Positions 50,249-59,834 of a stretch of DNA of 64,000 nt are shown in pieces. A program made the position numbers and the translations under genes. Each line of letters opens with the position of its first letter. The first letter of the stretch is position 1. Below the pieces are notes generated by a model that ran no database searches, had not been told where the DNA came from, and was given only the letters and a program-made list of their open reading frames with translations. The stretch covers positions 2,374,534 to 2,438,533 of the forward strand of contig CP065014.1 in assembly GCA_016700335.1 (NCBI GenBank), written 5' to 3'. This DNA comes from Chlorobiota bacterium (GTDB taxonomy: Bacteria; Bacteroidota; Ignavibacteria; OLB7).

Positions 50249-51712
50249 TTAAAAATAGTTTGGTGATTCTTTTGTTATTGATACATCATGTGGATGAGAT
50301 TCCCTTAATCCTGCTCCACTCATTTTTACAAACCTAGCATCTCGCTTTAAATCATCTATTGTTCTACAACCGCAATAGCCCATTGCTGCTCTCAATCCAC
50401 CAACCATTTGCCTAATAACATCAGCAAGAGGACCTTTAGAAGGAACTCTTCCTTCAATTCCTTCTGGGACTAATTTTGATATTTCATCTTCCACATCTTG
50501 AAAGTATCTATCAGCTGAACCTTTTACCATTGCACCTAAAGAACCCATTCCTCTGTAAGTTTTATAAGATCTACCATCTAAAATAATTTTTTCACCTGGC
50601 GATTCATCAACTCCTGCAAACAAATTTCCAATCATAACAGTATCTGCTCCTGCAGCAATAGCCTTCGCCATATCACCAGTTTGTTTTATTCCACCATCTG
50701 CAATAATTGGAACCCCTTCACGATTTGCTATATCAGCAACATTCATTATAGCTGATAGTTGTGGCACACCAACACCAGCTATTATTCTAGTTGTACATAT
50801 ACTTCCAGGACCAATACCAATTTTTATTCCATCAGCTCCTGCATCTATCAAAGCACTACATGCTTCCGAAGTTGCTATATTGCCAGCTACTACCTGAAGA
50901 TTAATAAATTTAGATTTGACCATTCTAACTGCTTCGATAACGCCTTTTGAATGCCCGTGTGCTGTATCAATTATAACTGCATCAACTCCAGCTCTTACAA
51001 GTGCATCTGCTCTTTCTAATGTTTCTCCACTTACTCCTAAAGCTGCTCCTACTCTTAATCTACCCAACATATCCTTTGCAGAATTTGGATGCTCCCTTTT
51101 TTTTCTAATGTCTTTAACTGTAATTAACCCTTTTAAAAATCCATTCTTATCTACTACTGGCAATTTTTCGATTCTGTTTTTTTGTAAAATATCTTCTGCT
51201 TGCTCTAATGTTGTTCCTTCAGGTGCAGTTACAAGATTTTCATGAGTCATGACTTCAGAAATTGGTGTATCAGGATTATGCTGAAATCTTAAATCACGAT
51301 TAGTTACAATTCCAACTAACTTGCCTTCATCATCAACAACAGGTACTCCACTTATAGAATATGTTGTCATTAACTTTGTGGCATCATATACTTTACTTTC
51401 ACGTTTTACTGTTATCGGATCTAATATCATTCCACTTTCACTCCTCTTAACTTTTAAAACATTCGCAGCTTGTTGATCTATTGACATATTCTTGTGTATT
51501 ATACCTATCCCACCTTCTCGGGCTATAGCAATTGCAAAACTAGATTCAGTTACAGTATCCATTGCTGCAGAAACAAGTGGTATATTTAATTTTATACCCT
51601 TAGAAAAATTTGTTATCAAACTTGTCTCTCTAGGTAAAAACTCGCTGTATCTTGGCACCAATAGCACATCATCGTAAGTAAGTGCTTCACCAAGTATCTT
51701 GTTTAAATTCAT
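50249..51712 (-). CDS. guaB: IMP dehydrogenase
   Basis: The product has the catalytic loop [11 protein letters not shown], tandem CBS domains and GGIKQTGD. It is 487 aa. Confidence 0.9.
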   Translation of the reverse strand: MNLNKILGEALTYDDVLLVPRYSEFLPRETSLITNFSKGIKLNIPLVSAAMDTVTESSFAIAIAREGGIGIIHKNMSIDQQAANVLKVKRSESGMILDPITVKRESKVYDATKLMTTYSISGVPVVDDEGKLVGIVTNRDLRFQHNPDTPISEVMTHENLVTAPEGTTLEQAEDILQKNRIEKLPVVDKNGFLKGLITVKDIRKKREHPNSAKDMLGRLRVGAALGVSGETLERADALVRAGVDAVIIDTAHGHSKGVIEAVRMVKSKFINLQVVAGNIATSEACSALIDAGADGIKIGIGPGSICTTRIIAGVGVPQLSAIMNVADIANREGVPIIADGGIKQTGDMAKAIAAGADTVMIGNLFAGVDESPGEKIILDGRSYKTYRGMGSLGAMVKGSADRYFQDVEDEISKLVPEGIEGRVPSKGPLADVIRQMVGGLRAAMGYCGCRTIDDLKRDARFVKMSGAGLRESHPHDVSITKESPNYF

Positions 51713-51795
51713 TTGTCTTAAAATTATTTTAATTGAAATGGTAACTCTAATCTGTTTGAATCAATTAGTTTTTAAATATTCAAATTTTAAATAAA

Positions 51796-54444
51796 TTATG
51801 TATTTGAAATTTGCAACTTATCAGTGACATCTAATCCAAGTCTATGAGAAAAAAATCTAAAATTTTCAATTGGTAATGTCTCATCTGGAATCAATTTTAT
51901 TCTTACAAAATTTTTCATCATTAACTTAGTTAATCGGCTAATGTTTCCCTCTGTTATATAGTCCATCATTGAAGGATTTACTGATAAAGATAACCTAAAG
52001 TCTTTAGTATTTTGCTTAAAATCATGAAGCCATTGTTCTATTCTTTTCATTATTAATGGTTTTGAATGAACAAATCCTCTACCATCACAAGTCCTGCATG
52101 TTTCAGACATTGAGTTAACAACTTGATTACGAATTCTTTGCCTAGTTATTTGTAAAATGCAAAATTGTGACATTGGTAAAACAACAGTTTTAGCTTTATC
52201 TGTCAATAATAATCTTCTCATTTCATCATAAATTTTTCTCTTATTTCTATCATCTTGCATATCAATAAAATCAATAGCAACTAATCCACCAACATCTCGC
52301 AATTTTAACTGTCTTGCAATTTCACGTGCAGATTCAATATTTGTATGCAACGCATTTATCTCTTGTTCATTGCTCCCTTTATATCTTCCCGAATTAACAT
52401 CAACAACCATCATTGCTTCTGTTTGTTCTAAAATAATATAACCTCCACTCTTTAAATATATTTTTCTATGAAACATTTTAGCTAATTCTTTCTCTATTCC
52501 AAATGACTCATAAATTGGATTCTTCTCCTTATAATGTTCAATATTTTTTAACATATCTGGCGCAGCCCAAGATACATATTCCCTTATTTCTTCAAACACT
52601 TTTTTATCATCAATAATTACCTTATTAATATTTTCTGTAAATAAATCACGCATAATACTTGATACTAGTGATGATTCAGAATAAATAAGAGATGGATTAT
52701 TAGCAACTTTAATTTTCTCATCAATAACTTTCCATCTTGCTATTAAATGAGATAACTCCTCACGAATTATATCTTCATCTTTTTCTTTAGCAACTGTTCT
52801 TATTATACAACCATATCCCGTTGGCAACATTTCTTTTGCTATTCTTCTTAATCTTTTTCTTTCAATGTATGATTCTATTTTTTTTGAAACTCCAACCATT
52901 GGTTCTAGTGGTAAAAGCACAAGAAATCTTCCAGGTAAAGATATTTTTGTTGATACTCTCATTCCTTTCTGAGCATATCTTTCACGGGTTACTTGTACTA
53001 ATATTTCCTGTCCCTTTACTAAATCAATAATTACTGAGCCAGACCTTTTTGTTTGAAATGTAGGGAGTTTATTATCAATTGTTTTACTCTTAATTGATTT
53101 GACTTTTTTCTTTAATTCATTTTTTTTATCACTTTTTATTTCGTCAATTTCTTTAACTAAAGTATTTGAGTTATTTTTTAAAATTGGGTTATTATTCTCA
53201 AGTTTAATTATATTATCATTTCTTTTCTTTGATACAGAGTTATTAATTGATCTATTTTTATCAGAGATTTTTGTAGAGTCCTTTATTTTTTTATTTGGTT
53301 CAATTTTATTTTTTTCATGGACAACATTGCTTATACTTAAAACAGTTTCTATAGATTTACTTTTATTGTCATTAACTGAGATACTCTGTTTTGTTTTTAT
53401 ATTATCTTGTTTTCCTTCAGTAACTTTTGTTTGTTTTTTAGAAGTTAAAACACTTTTAATATTAGAACTTATGTCATTATTCTGTTTTTTAGATATAAGT
53501 TTTTTTTCTTTACTTATTACATCATTTTTATTTCCATCATTAAAACTATTTGAAGGTTGAATCTCACTATTTTTTTGGGATAAATTATTACTCTTTTGTT
53601 GTTTTACAATTAGATTTGAATTAACTTTAACTTGAGTAACCTTATTTGAAGCAATTAATTCCCTTGAATTTTGCTTCTGATTTAATGAATTATTATTTAA
53701 ACCTTTTTTTAAAACTAATTTTTTATTCCCTTTATGTAACCCCTTAGAAACAAGATCCAAATCTGTTGATTTGGGATTTACTTGTTTAATATAATCAATT
53801 TTATTAAGTTTATTTTTATGTAGTTTTACTTGGCTCTCTTTTGTAAAATTAACTTCGTTCTTGATTTTTAAGTCATTTACTTTAGTCAATAAATCTAATT
53901 TACTAATTATGTTCCCTTGAGTATGACTTACTTTAGGACGGGTTAAAATAATAGCTCTTTTTTCTTCGGTTAAAGATTCTTTAAGCTCAACTTTAGGATT
54001 AGATGAACTCTTCACTTTACTTTTTTTCTTGTTCTTATTGGAATTTGATTTATTATTATTTTTTAATTTCTTTGAATTAGGATCAATTGAGATTTCCTCT
54101 TTATGAGGATTTTCTTTTTTATTATTTGGGTTAATATTACTTTTATTACCAATCTTTGGAGTTGGCAATTCATCATCATCATCATCACCTGTATCAAGCT
54201 CTGAAGCATTAGCGGCATCAGAAAAATGCAAGAAAGCATCTTGAGAATCCCCAATATCAACAAAAGCAGCATTCATTCCTTGAGCAACTCTCTTTACTTT
54301 TCCCAAATAAATTGCACCTACTGGATTTTCTGTTTCTGGTGTTTCGATAAAAATCTCAACTAATCGATTTTCTTCCAGTAAAGCAACTCTAATTTCTTTT
54401 CCTGTAGCATTTATTACTATCTCTTTTTTCATCTTTTCAATCAT
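51796..54444 (-). CDS. Ribonuclease E/G family endoribonuclease with a large low-complexity insertion
   Basis: The N-terminus carries the first half of the S1 domain (GAIYLGKVKRVAQGMNAAFVDIG...DAFLHFSDA). The second half (IIDLVKGQEILVQVTRE...ISLPGRFLVLLP) and an RNase E/G catalytic core (DVGGLVAIDFIDM) follow about 400 residues later. Confidence 0.8.
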   Translation of the reverse strand: MIEKMKKEIVINATGKEIRVALLEENRLVEIFIETPETENPVGAIYLGKVKRVAQGMNAAFVDIGDSQDAFLHFSDAANASELDTGDDDDDELPTPKIGNKSNINPNNKKENPHKEEISIDPNSKKLKNNNKSNSNKNKKKSKVKSSSNPKVELKESLTEEKRAIILTRPKVSHTQGNIISKLDLLTKVNDLKIKNEVNFTKESQVKLHKNKLNKIDYIKQVNPKSTDLDLVSKGLHKGNKKLVLKKGLNNNSLNQKQNSRELIASNKVTQVKVNSNLIVKQQKSNNLSQKNSEIQPSNSFNDGNKNDVISKEKKLISKKQNNDISSNIKSVLTSKKQTKVTEGKQDNIKTKQSISVNDNKSKSIETVLSISNVVHEKNKIEPNKKIKDSTKISDKNRSINNSVSKKRNDNIIKLENNNPILKNNSNTLVKEIDEIKSDKKNELKKKVKSIKSKTIDNKLPTFQTKRSGSVIIDLVKGQEILVQVTRERYAQKGMRVSTKISLPGRFLVLLPLEPMVGVSKKIESYIERKRLRRIAKEMLPTGYGCIIRTVAKEKDEDIIREELSHLIARWKVIDEKIKVANNPSLIYSESSLVSSIMRDLFTENINKVIIDDKKVFEEIREYVSWAAPDMLKNIEHYKEKNPIYESFGIEKELAKMFHRKIYLKSGGYIILEQTEAMMVVDVNSGRYKGSNEQEINALHTNIESAREIARQLKLRDVGGLVAIDFIDMQDDRNKRKIYDEMRRLLLTDKAKTVVLPMSQFCILQITRQRIRNQVVNSMSETCRTCDGRGFVHSKPLIMKRIEQWLHDFKQNTKDFRLSLSVNPSMMDYITEGNISRLTKLMMKNFVRIKLIPDETLPIENFRFFSHRLGLDVTDKLQISNT

Positions 54445-54515
54445 CGTATTTCAAATATTTAATCTACTTTATTTTGATAAACTAATTTATTTCTAACTTA
54501 AAGGATATAAAAAAA

Positions 54516-54614
54516 GGACCAAGCTTTACCGATTCACACGCCACCTATGCTGACTGCTGCTTCCTTCCGGATCTGACAGGATTGGGCTCGATGACGTTGC
54601 TCGGGACTTGGTCC
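54516..54614 (-). ncRNA. ffs: Signal recognition particle RNA (small/4.5S type)
   Basis: The minus-strand sequence contains CCUGUCAGAUCCGGAAGGAAGCAGCAG, matching the conserved SRP domain IV motif (GUCAGGUCCGGAAGGAAGCAGC). The terminal helix pairs ggaccaag with cttggtcc. The region is a local GC-rich island of about 100 nt. Confidence 0.75.
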
Positions 54615-54736
54615 AACTTCCATAATATGTAAGATATTATCTGTATCTAAAAACTTAATACTAATATTCTAAAAAGTTTGGCAAAAATAACAGAATTATT
54701 TCTAGTACTGAAATTTTTTTAAATTCTTATTCAATA

Positions 54737-54895
54737 TTATCTTTTCTCAATTATAAATCCAATTAAAAAAATTACTATTCCTGTACCTAAATACATAAAC
54801 TCATACTTCATATCATTCTCAATAATTCCGTATAATAAACCAACTCCTGTAATCCCCATACCTATGAACTGTATTAACTTTGGCACCTTTTGCAT
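54737..54895 (-). CDS. Possible small (52 aa) two-TM membrane protein
   Basis: The minus-strand ORF reads MQKVPKLIQFIGMGITGVGLLYGIIENDMKYEFMYLGTGIVIFLIGFIIEKR. It is below the 60-aa cutoff of the ORF track and has no homology support. Confidence 0.2.
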   Translation of the reverse strand: MQKVPKLIQFIGMGITGVGLLYGIIENDMKYEFMYLGTGIVIFLIGFIIEKR

Positions 54896-55025
54896 TTATA
54901 ACAAATTTAAATATGTTTGTTTCAAGTTTATACTACATGACTTAAACATTTAATCTAAATATAAAACAGATGTAAAATAGTTATGTTGAAAATTAGAAAT
55001 TAAAAAACTATCTACAATTTTAGTT

Positions 55026-55063
55026 AAAAAAAAACCTCCCGGAAATTCACCAAAACCGGGAGG
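55026..55063 (-). terminator. Rho-independent terminator (minus strand)
   Basis: The stem cctcccgg/ccgggagg has a 13-nt loop. On the minus strand it is followed by a T9 run. It lies about 210 nt downstream of the stop of the giant gene at 55271. Confidence 0.55.
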
Positions 55064-55270
55064 GCCTCACTAAGGTACTATGAATCTGCAAATGTCCTCA
55101 TACTTACAGACAGTGGCAAATATAGAAAAAATTACTCAACCTACAAGTTTTAAATAACAAATGAGTTTTTACAATACTATTTTAAGGTTCTATTTTAATA
55201 GATTAAAGTTTATTTGTATGATATTATTACCTCTTAATTTTAAATTAACTATTAAGTTAAATAACTAAAT

Positions 55271-58200
55271 TTATTTTTGAATAATCATGCTTTTAACGCA
55301 TGAATAAGTTCCACTAGATAATTTGTAGAAATAGACTCCACTTGGGTATTCAGTTGCATCAAATGTATATTTATACTTACCTGGTTCTAGATATTTGTTT
55401 AATAAAACTCCTATTTTTTGTGAATACGAATTGTATAATGTTATAGTTGTTTGTCCATTTAAACCTACACTAAAATTAAAATTAGTTGATGGGTTAAATG
55501 GATTTGGACTGTTTTGTGAAAGTGAATAATTTTCATTTGTAATTTCTATTAATCTGTTCTTGATTCCGCAAATAGAATCGATCTCACCAAATCCTGAAGT
55601 TCCTTTTATACTTACACATTGAAGCTTATCAGATAACTCCATGTTAATACTATATTTAAAATTAGTAATGTCACTTGCAAAGCAAATAAATTTTGGGTTG
55701 AATATATTTCCAAAATCATTTAAGTATTCATTAGTTGGAGCAATTAATTTTAGAGTTAATTTTCCTGGAATATTTTCTAAAATATCAACATTCCAATCAT
55801 TAAAAATAGTACCTTTAAAAAAATTATTTATAGTTCCATTAAACTCTAAATCTAAATTTTCTTTAGTATATTCTAGCTCAAATTTCACCTCTTTAGATTT
55901 AATTATTTTTAGAGATTTATCTAATTTCACCATTAAAGAAAATGAATCTAATTGACTCATTTTTAAACCAGTTTGTGTTCTAAGTTCTCCTGAAAGTGTA
56001 AATGCTGAGCCAGATATTTCTAACTCATTTTCTGGAAAATTCTTTAAAGAATCACTCAAATATTTTACAATTATTTTAGCACTGTAGTTACCTACTTGCA
56101 TTGGATTAAAATTCACTTTTATAAATAAACTATCACCCTTAATTACTTTTTTTGGTAATGAAATTGGGTCTAAGTTGAATACTGAATTAGTATCTATAAT
56201 CTCAATATCTTTAATAAAAATATCAACATCACCTGAATTATATACACTTAAATATCCAAAACCACTACTGCATAAATCAATAGGCTGTAAATTAAAGCCT
56301 AAGGAATAAGCTGATTTTGAATACGAAAAACCTTTTAAAACATTAACTGAATCATCACAATAAGGATGATTTGAAGTGACTCTTACATTAGCAGTTCTTA
56401 ATCCTGGCCTTTTTGGTTTAAAGACTATATTATATTTTTTAGATTCATTTGGCATTAATATTAAAGGGTTAATAGTTGATGGAAAACTATCCTTTGATTC
56501 AAAACTGAATTCTAAGAAATTATCATTATAAATTTCTAAATCCGTTACTTCTAATTGTTTAGATCTAGATGCTGAAATATAAATACTCCCTTTTCTAATA
56601 GTAATACCTTCACCAACGAATTCTAATGTATCAAAATTAAAACCTGTTATAGATACTCCAGACTCAATTCCCACACCCTTTAAAGTGCCTATTGCTACTT
56701 CATTAGCTTCAGTGGTTAGTACTATTTTACAAGAGTATTGTCTTTCATTCCCTGGTTTGAATAGAACTTGTTGATACCTTTTATTATCCTCAGTTGTATC
56801 ATCACCAACAAAGGCCATCCCTATGTTTACTTGAGGATTATATCCAAGAGAGAAATATCCACTATCTGCATCTGCTCCAATTAGTTCTAATGATTTTACT
56901 ATAAATGGTGCACTTCCAAAATTAGCAACTCTAATAGAATCAAATACATAAACACCATTTACATTTTTAGTACACTTTGAGAATGTATTACTAACCCATT
57001 TTTCACCCCAATCATAACTTGTTATTTTAGGACTAGGTTTTCTAACTTTAGCTATCCAAATTGAACTGTCCCTTTGGCATTTTGCATTTGTAGAAAAATA
57101 CCCTGTGGTTTCGAAAAAACCAACTGTATCGGCTATAAATTTAACATTTATATAAATGCATTCATCTTTTTTGAGTATAGTATTATATAACAATTTCTGA
57201 TCATCTACTGTAATTGAAAATTTCTTTAATAACCATTTAACAATATCTGTTCCTGATTTATCCTTAGAATTAAACGTTAAAGTTCCACCTAATGTATTGC
57301 ATATTTTTAATGGTAAAGTTTCTTCCTCTCCAACAATCAAAGTACCAAAATCTAAATCTCCTACATAAACACATGGGATTCCTAAAATTGCAGTTAATGG
57401 TATCTTTGCCTCTGAGCAACCATATTTTACTCTTAATGTATCTATTGCTCTTTTAGTATTATTTGGAAAATTATTAAATAAAGTGATTGTTATTGTATCC
57501 CATTTTTTAAGTTGTACTGGAAGTTTTGGATCAATTTTTTCAATTACATAACCAGCATTTTTAAAAATTAAATCTACTGATTGTACATTTAAACTATTTG
57601 GTTTTGTGTTTACAATTTTAATCGTTAAACTTTTTGATTGGGAATTAACAGTCACCTCTCCAAAATCTAGACTCTTTGGATTAATTTGTGGGGCATCACT
57701 AACCCAACTATAATTTATTGTTTTAGATCTTCCTGTGCGATCCCTAATCACTACAATTGCACTTGCATCAAAAATCGGATTAATTGGAGAAACACTGAAT
57801 GTTGCATCATTTGCATTAATAACTCCATTATTTGTTTGTGGCTTACTAAAAGAAATTTTAGAATTATTCGAATTAATTAATTTAATCAAACGAATACCAG
57901 ATGGATTTTGATTAACACATTTAACAGTTACATTCATTGAGGTGCAATTGTAACTTGAAGTAATTACTAAAGAATCTGGAACTTTGTTTATTGCTCTAAC
58001 TGGAGCGAGAGGATAAGCATAACTTCTTGAATTAATTTCTTTATACTCTGCAGGATGTTGAGGTGTTGATTTTCCATCAAATGTTTGTATTTTATCTTTC
58101 CCATCATCTAGTAAATTTGAGCCTGGTGTAAAAGCTTCAATTCCATTCCCAACACCATAAACATAAGCATAAAATTTACCATCATTTTCTGAAAATAACA

Positions 58201-59683
58201 TAGCATTAGTATTTGGCTCAAATTTTACTGAAGTCCAGCAATAAGAAGTGTTTGGAACATTACTCTCACATATTATATTAAATTTCCCTCCATTTAAAAA
58301 TTTTCTATACTTGATGTTATACCTATTTACAGTATCTGTAACAACAACCAAAAAATGTTGCATTAAATCATTACCTGTAAAAAATGGAGCTTTATTAATC
58401 CAATTTTCTTTTGGCACCAATTCAACCATAAATGTTGAAACTGTATTGTATTCTGAAATATTGCCAACTTGATCTTTTCGAGATGTAAATGAAAATGCGC
58501 TTGTATTCATAAATACTTGAGATGGCTTATTTGTTACCATAAAATTAGCTCCATCTGATTTGCCAAAGACCAAATTATGAAAAGATTTTATAGTGTCAAC
58601 TTCTGTAACTTCACCATTATTTAATGAATCAAATCCAAATATATTACCTAATATAGTATATCCGTTATAGGTTCCATAAGCTCTAACAAAGTCATATTTA
58701 TGAGAATAATCCATTGCAGGTAAATAAACAAAATTTGTACCATGATAATCTACTGGAGGCATATCTTCAATTAACAAATTTTTAAGAGTATTTTTTGCAA
58801 AACCAGCAAGATTTCTAGGAATTTCACCTCCTGAACTTCTTGTATTCCCCGATAAAACTCCAATCGGTTTGTTAGAAACAATTTCTAGTCCAGACAAATC
58901 TATTTCAAAATCATTACCATTATTTTTTTTAACAGATTGGGAATCTACTCTACTATTAATCAATAATGATTGACCAACATTCATATTAATATTTGATGTA
59001 TTCATATTTGGATTAAAGAAAATACTTTTTCCTAAATTTGAATACCTAAATGGGTTATTAATTTTTACTTTAGTATTGTTTTCTAATGCTGTAATAATTA
59101 CTTGAGAAGGTGCTAATACAGAATTCCGAAAATAGTTAAACTCACCATCACCACCAACATGGTATGTTAAATCACCTTTTAATGCAGCCGCAAAATAATC
59201 TTTTCCCCAAGCATCAGCTGGAATTGGCGTCCAAGCTTCGGATCCAGAAGAAGTGTTCATATAACAATAAACAATTATAGGGTATTCAGCTTCAATTTTA
59301 AATGAAGAGTTTGAACTAACAACACCAGAAGTTAGTGGGAAAATATTTGAAATGTAAAGACCTCTCTTTTGAACTATTCTATGTGTGTAAATATTATCAG
59401 CATCTAATTTCAGAAAAGTTACTCCTCCTTTAGGGTCAGTTACAGTAGCTTGTTGATATTCTGAAGAATAAATAACAAAAGATATCTCATTAAACCTATT
59501 ATCAATAAATCTATAATCTGGTGCATTAAATACTATTTGAGGAAGGGTTATATAGTATAAATTCCCTGCAGCTTTATCATTAAAACTTTCAGTTTGAGAA
59601 TATATATATCGTTCTTTTATAATGAATAGAACAATAAAAATTAAAAAGCATTTATTTATCCGAAACCTAATTTTTGAGAACAT
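55271..59683 (-). CDS. Giant secreted protein (1470 aa): T9SS cargo, paralog 2
   Basis: The product has a signal peptide (MFSKIRFRINKCFLIFIVLFIIKERYIYSQT) and the conserved module (EAWTPIPADAWGKDYF, SNKPIGVLSGNTRSS, YAYPLAPVRAI). It carries DFG-repeats (DLDFGTLIVGEE) and a C-terminal CTD (SPNPFNPSTNFNFSV...SGVYFYKLSSGTYSCVKSMIIQK). Confidence 0.8.
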   Translation of the reverse strand: MFSKIRFRINKCFLIFIVLFIIKERYIYSQTESFNDKAAGNLYYITLPQIVFNAPDYRFIDNRFNEISFVIYSSEYQQATVTDPKGGVTFLKLDADNIYTHRIVQKRGLYISNIFPLTSGVVSSNSSFKIEAEYPIIVYCYMNTSSGSEAWTPIPADAWGKDYFAAALKGDLTYHVGGDGEFNYFRNSVLAPSQVIITALENNTKVKINNPFRYSNLGKSIFFNPNMNTSNINMNVGQSLLINSRVDSQSVKKNNGNDFEIDLSGLEIVSNKPIGVLSGNTRSSGGEIPRNLAGFAKNTLKNLLIEDMPPVDYHGTNFVYLPAMDYSHKYDFVRAYGTYNGYTILGNIFGFDSLNNGEVTEVDTIKSFHNLVFGKSDGANFMVTNKPSQVFMNTSAFSFTSRKDQVGNISEYNTVSTFMVELVPKENWINKAPFFTGNDLMQHFLVVVTDTVNRYNIKYRKFLNGGKFNIICESNVPNTSYCWTSVKFEPNTNAMLFSENDGKFYAYVYGVGNGIEAFTPGSNLLDDGKDKIQTFDGKSTPQHPAEYKEINSRSYAYPLAPVRAINKVPDSLVITSSYNCTSMNVTVKCVNQNPSGIRLIKLINSNNSKISFSKPQTNNGVINANDATFSVSPINPIFDASAIVVIRDRTGRSKTINYSWVSDAPQINPKSLDFGEVTVNSQSKSLTIKIVNTKPNSLNVQSVDLIFKNAGYVIEKIDPKLPVQLKKWDTITITLFNNFPNNTKRAIDTLRVKYGCSEAKIPLTAILGIPCVYVGDLDFGTLIVGEEETLPLKICNTLGGTLTFNSKDKSGTDIVKWLLKKFSITVDDQKLLYNTILKKDECIYINVKFIADTVGFFETTGYFSTNAKCQRDSSIWIAKVRKPSPKITSYDWGEKWVSNTFSKCTKNVNGVYVFDSIRVANFGSAPFIVKSLELIGADADSGYFSLGYNPQVNIGMAFVGDDTTEDNKRYQQVLFKPGNERQYSCKIVLTTEANEVAIGTLKGVGIESGVSITGFNFDTLEFVGEGITIRKGSIYISASRSKQLEVTDLEIYNDNFLEFSFESKDSFPSTINPLILMPNESKKYNIVFKPKRPGLRTANVRVTSNHPYCDDSVNVLKGFSYSKSAYSLGFNLQPIDLCSSGFGYLSVYNSGDVDIFIKDIEIIDTNSVFNLDPISLPKKVIKGDSLFIKVNFNPMQVGNYSAKIIVKYLSDSLKNFPENELEISGSAFTLSGELRTQTGLKMSQLDSFSLMVKLDKSLKIIKSKEVKFELEYTKENLDLEFNGTINNFFKGTIFNDWNVDILENIPGKLTLKLIAPTNEYLNDFGNIFNPKFICFASDITNFKYSINMELSDKLQCVSIKGTSGFGEIDSICGIKNRLIEITNENYSLSQNSPNPFNPSTNFNFSVGLNGQTTITLYNSYSQKIGVLLNKYLEPGKYKYTFDATEYPSGVYFYKLSSGTYSCVKSMIIQK

Positions 59684-59770
59684 TAAGTTAATTTAAAAAT
59701 ATATTATTTACACTTAAAACTAAAATGTGAAATTATGAAAAATTATAAAATAAAAATTATTTTATACAAA

Positions 59771-59807
59771 AGAAGGACGATCTTTATGAAAATAGACCGT
59801 CCTTCTT
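59771..59807 (-). terminator. Rho-independent terminator separating the tandem giant genes
   Basis: The stem agaaggacg/cgtccttct is followed on the minus strand by a T-rich tract. It lies 28 nt downstream of the stop at 59835. Confidence 0.5.
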
Positions 59808-59834
59808 GCATTTTAACTCTCAACTTAAAGTAAA

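Noticed and set aside
53099-53560. A 153-aa plus-strand ORF, and other 60 to 110-aa ORFs, nested antisense inside large genes (for example 2000..2188, 50916..51245, 13842..14033, 37783..37977)
   Set aside because: They lie fully inside longer, well-supported genes on the opposite strand. Their translations are low-complexity or hydrophobic and lack recognisable motifs. They are typical shadow ORFs of AT-rich coding sequence.
53040-54220. A repetitive K/N/S-rich region that might suggest a CRISPR or other repeat array
   Set aside because: There is no regular direct-repeat and spacer periodicity. It is in frame within the RNase E/G ORF and is reported instead as a coding low-complexity insertion.
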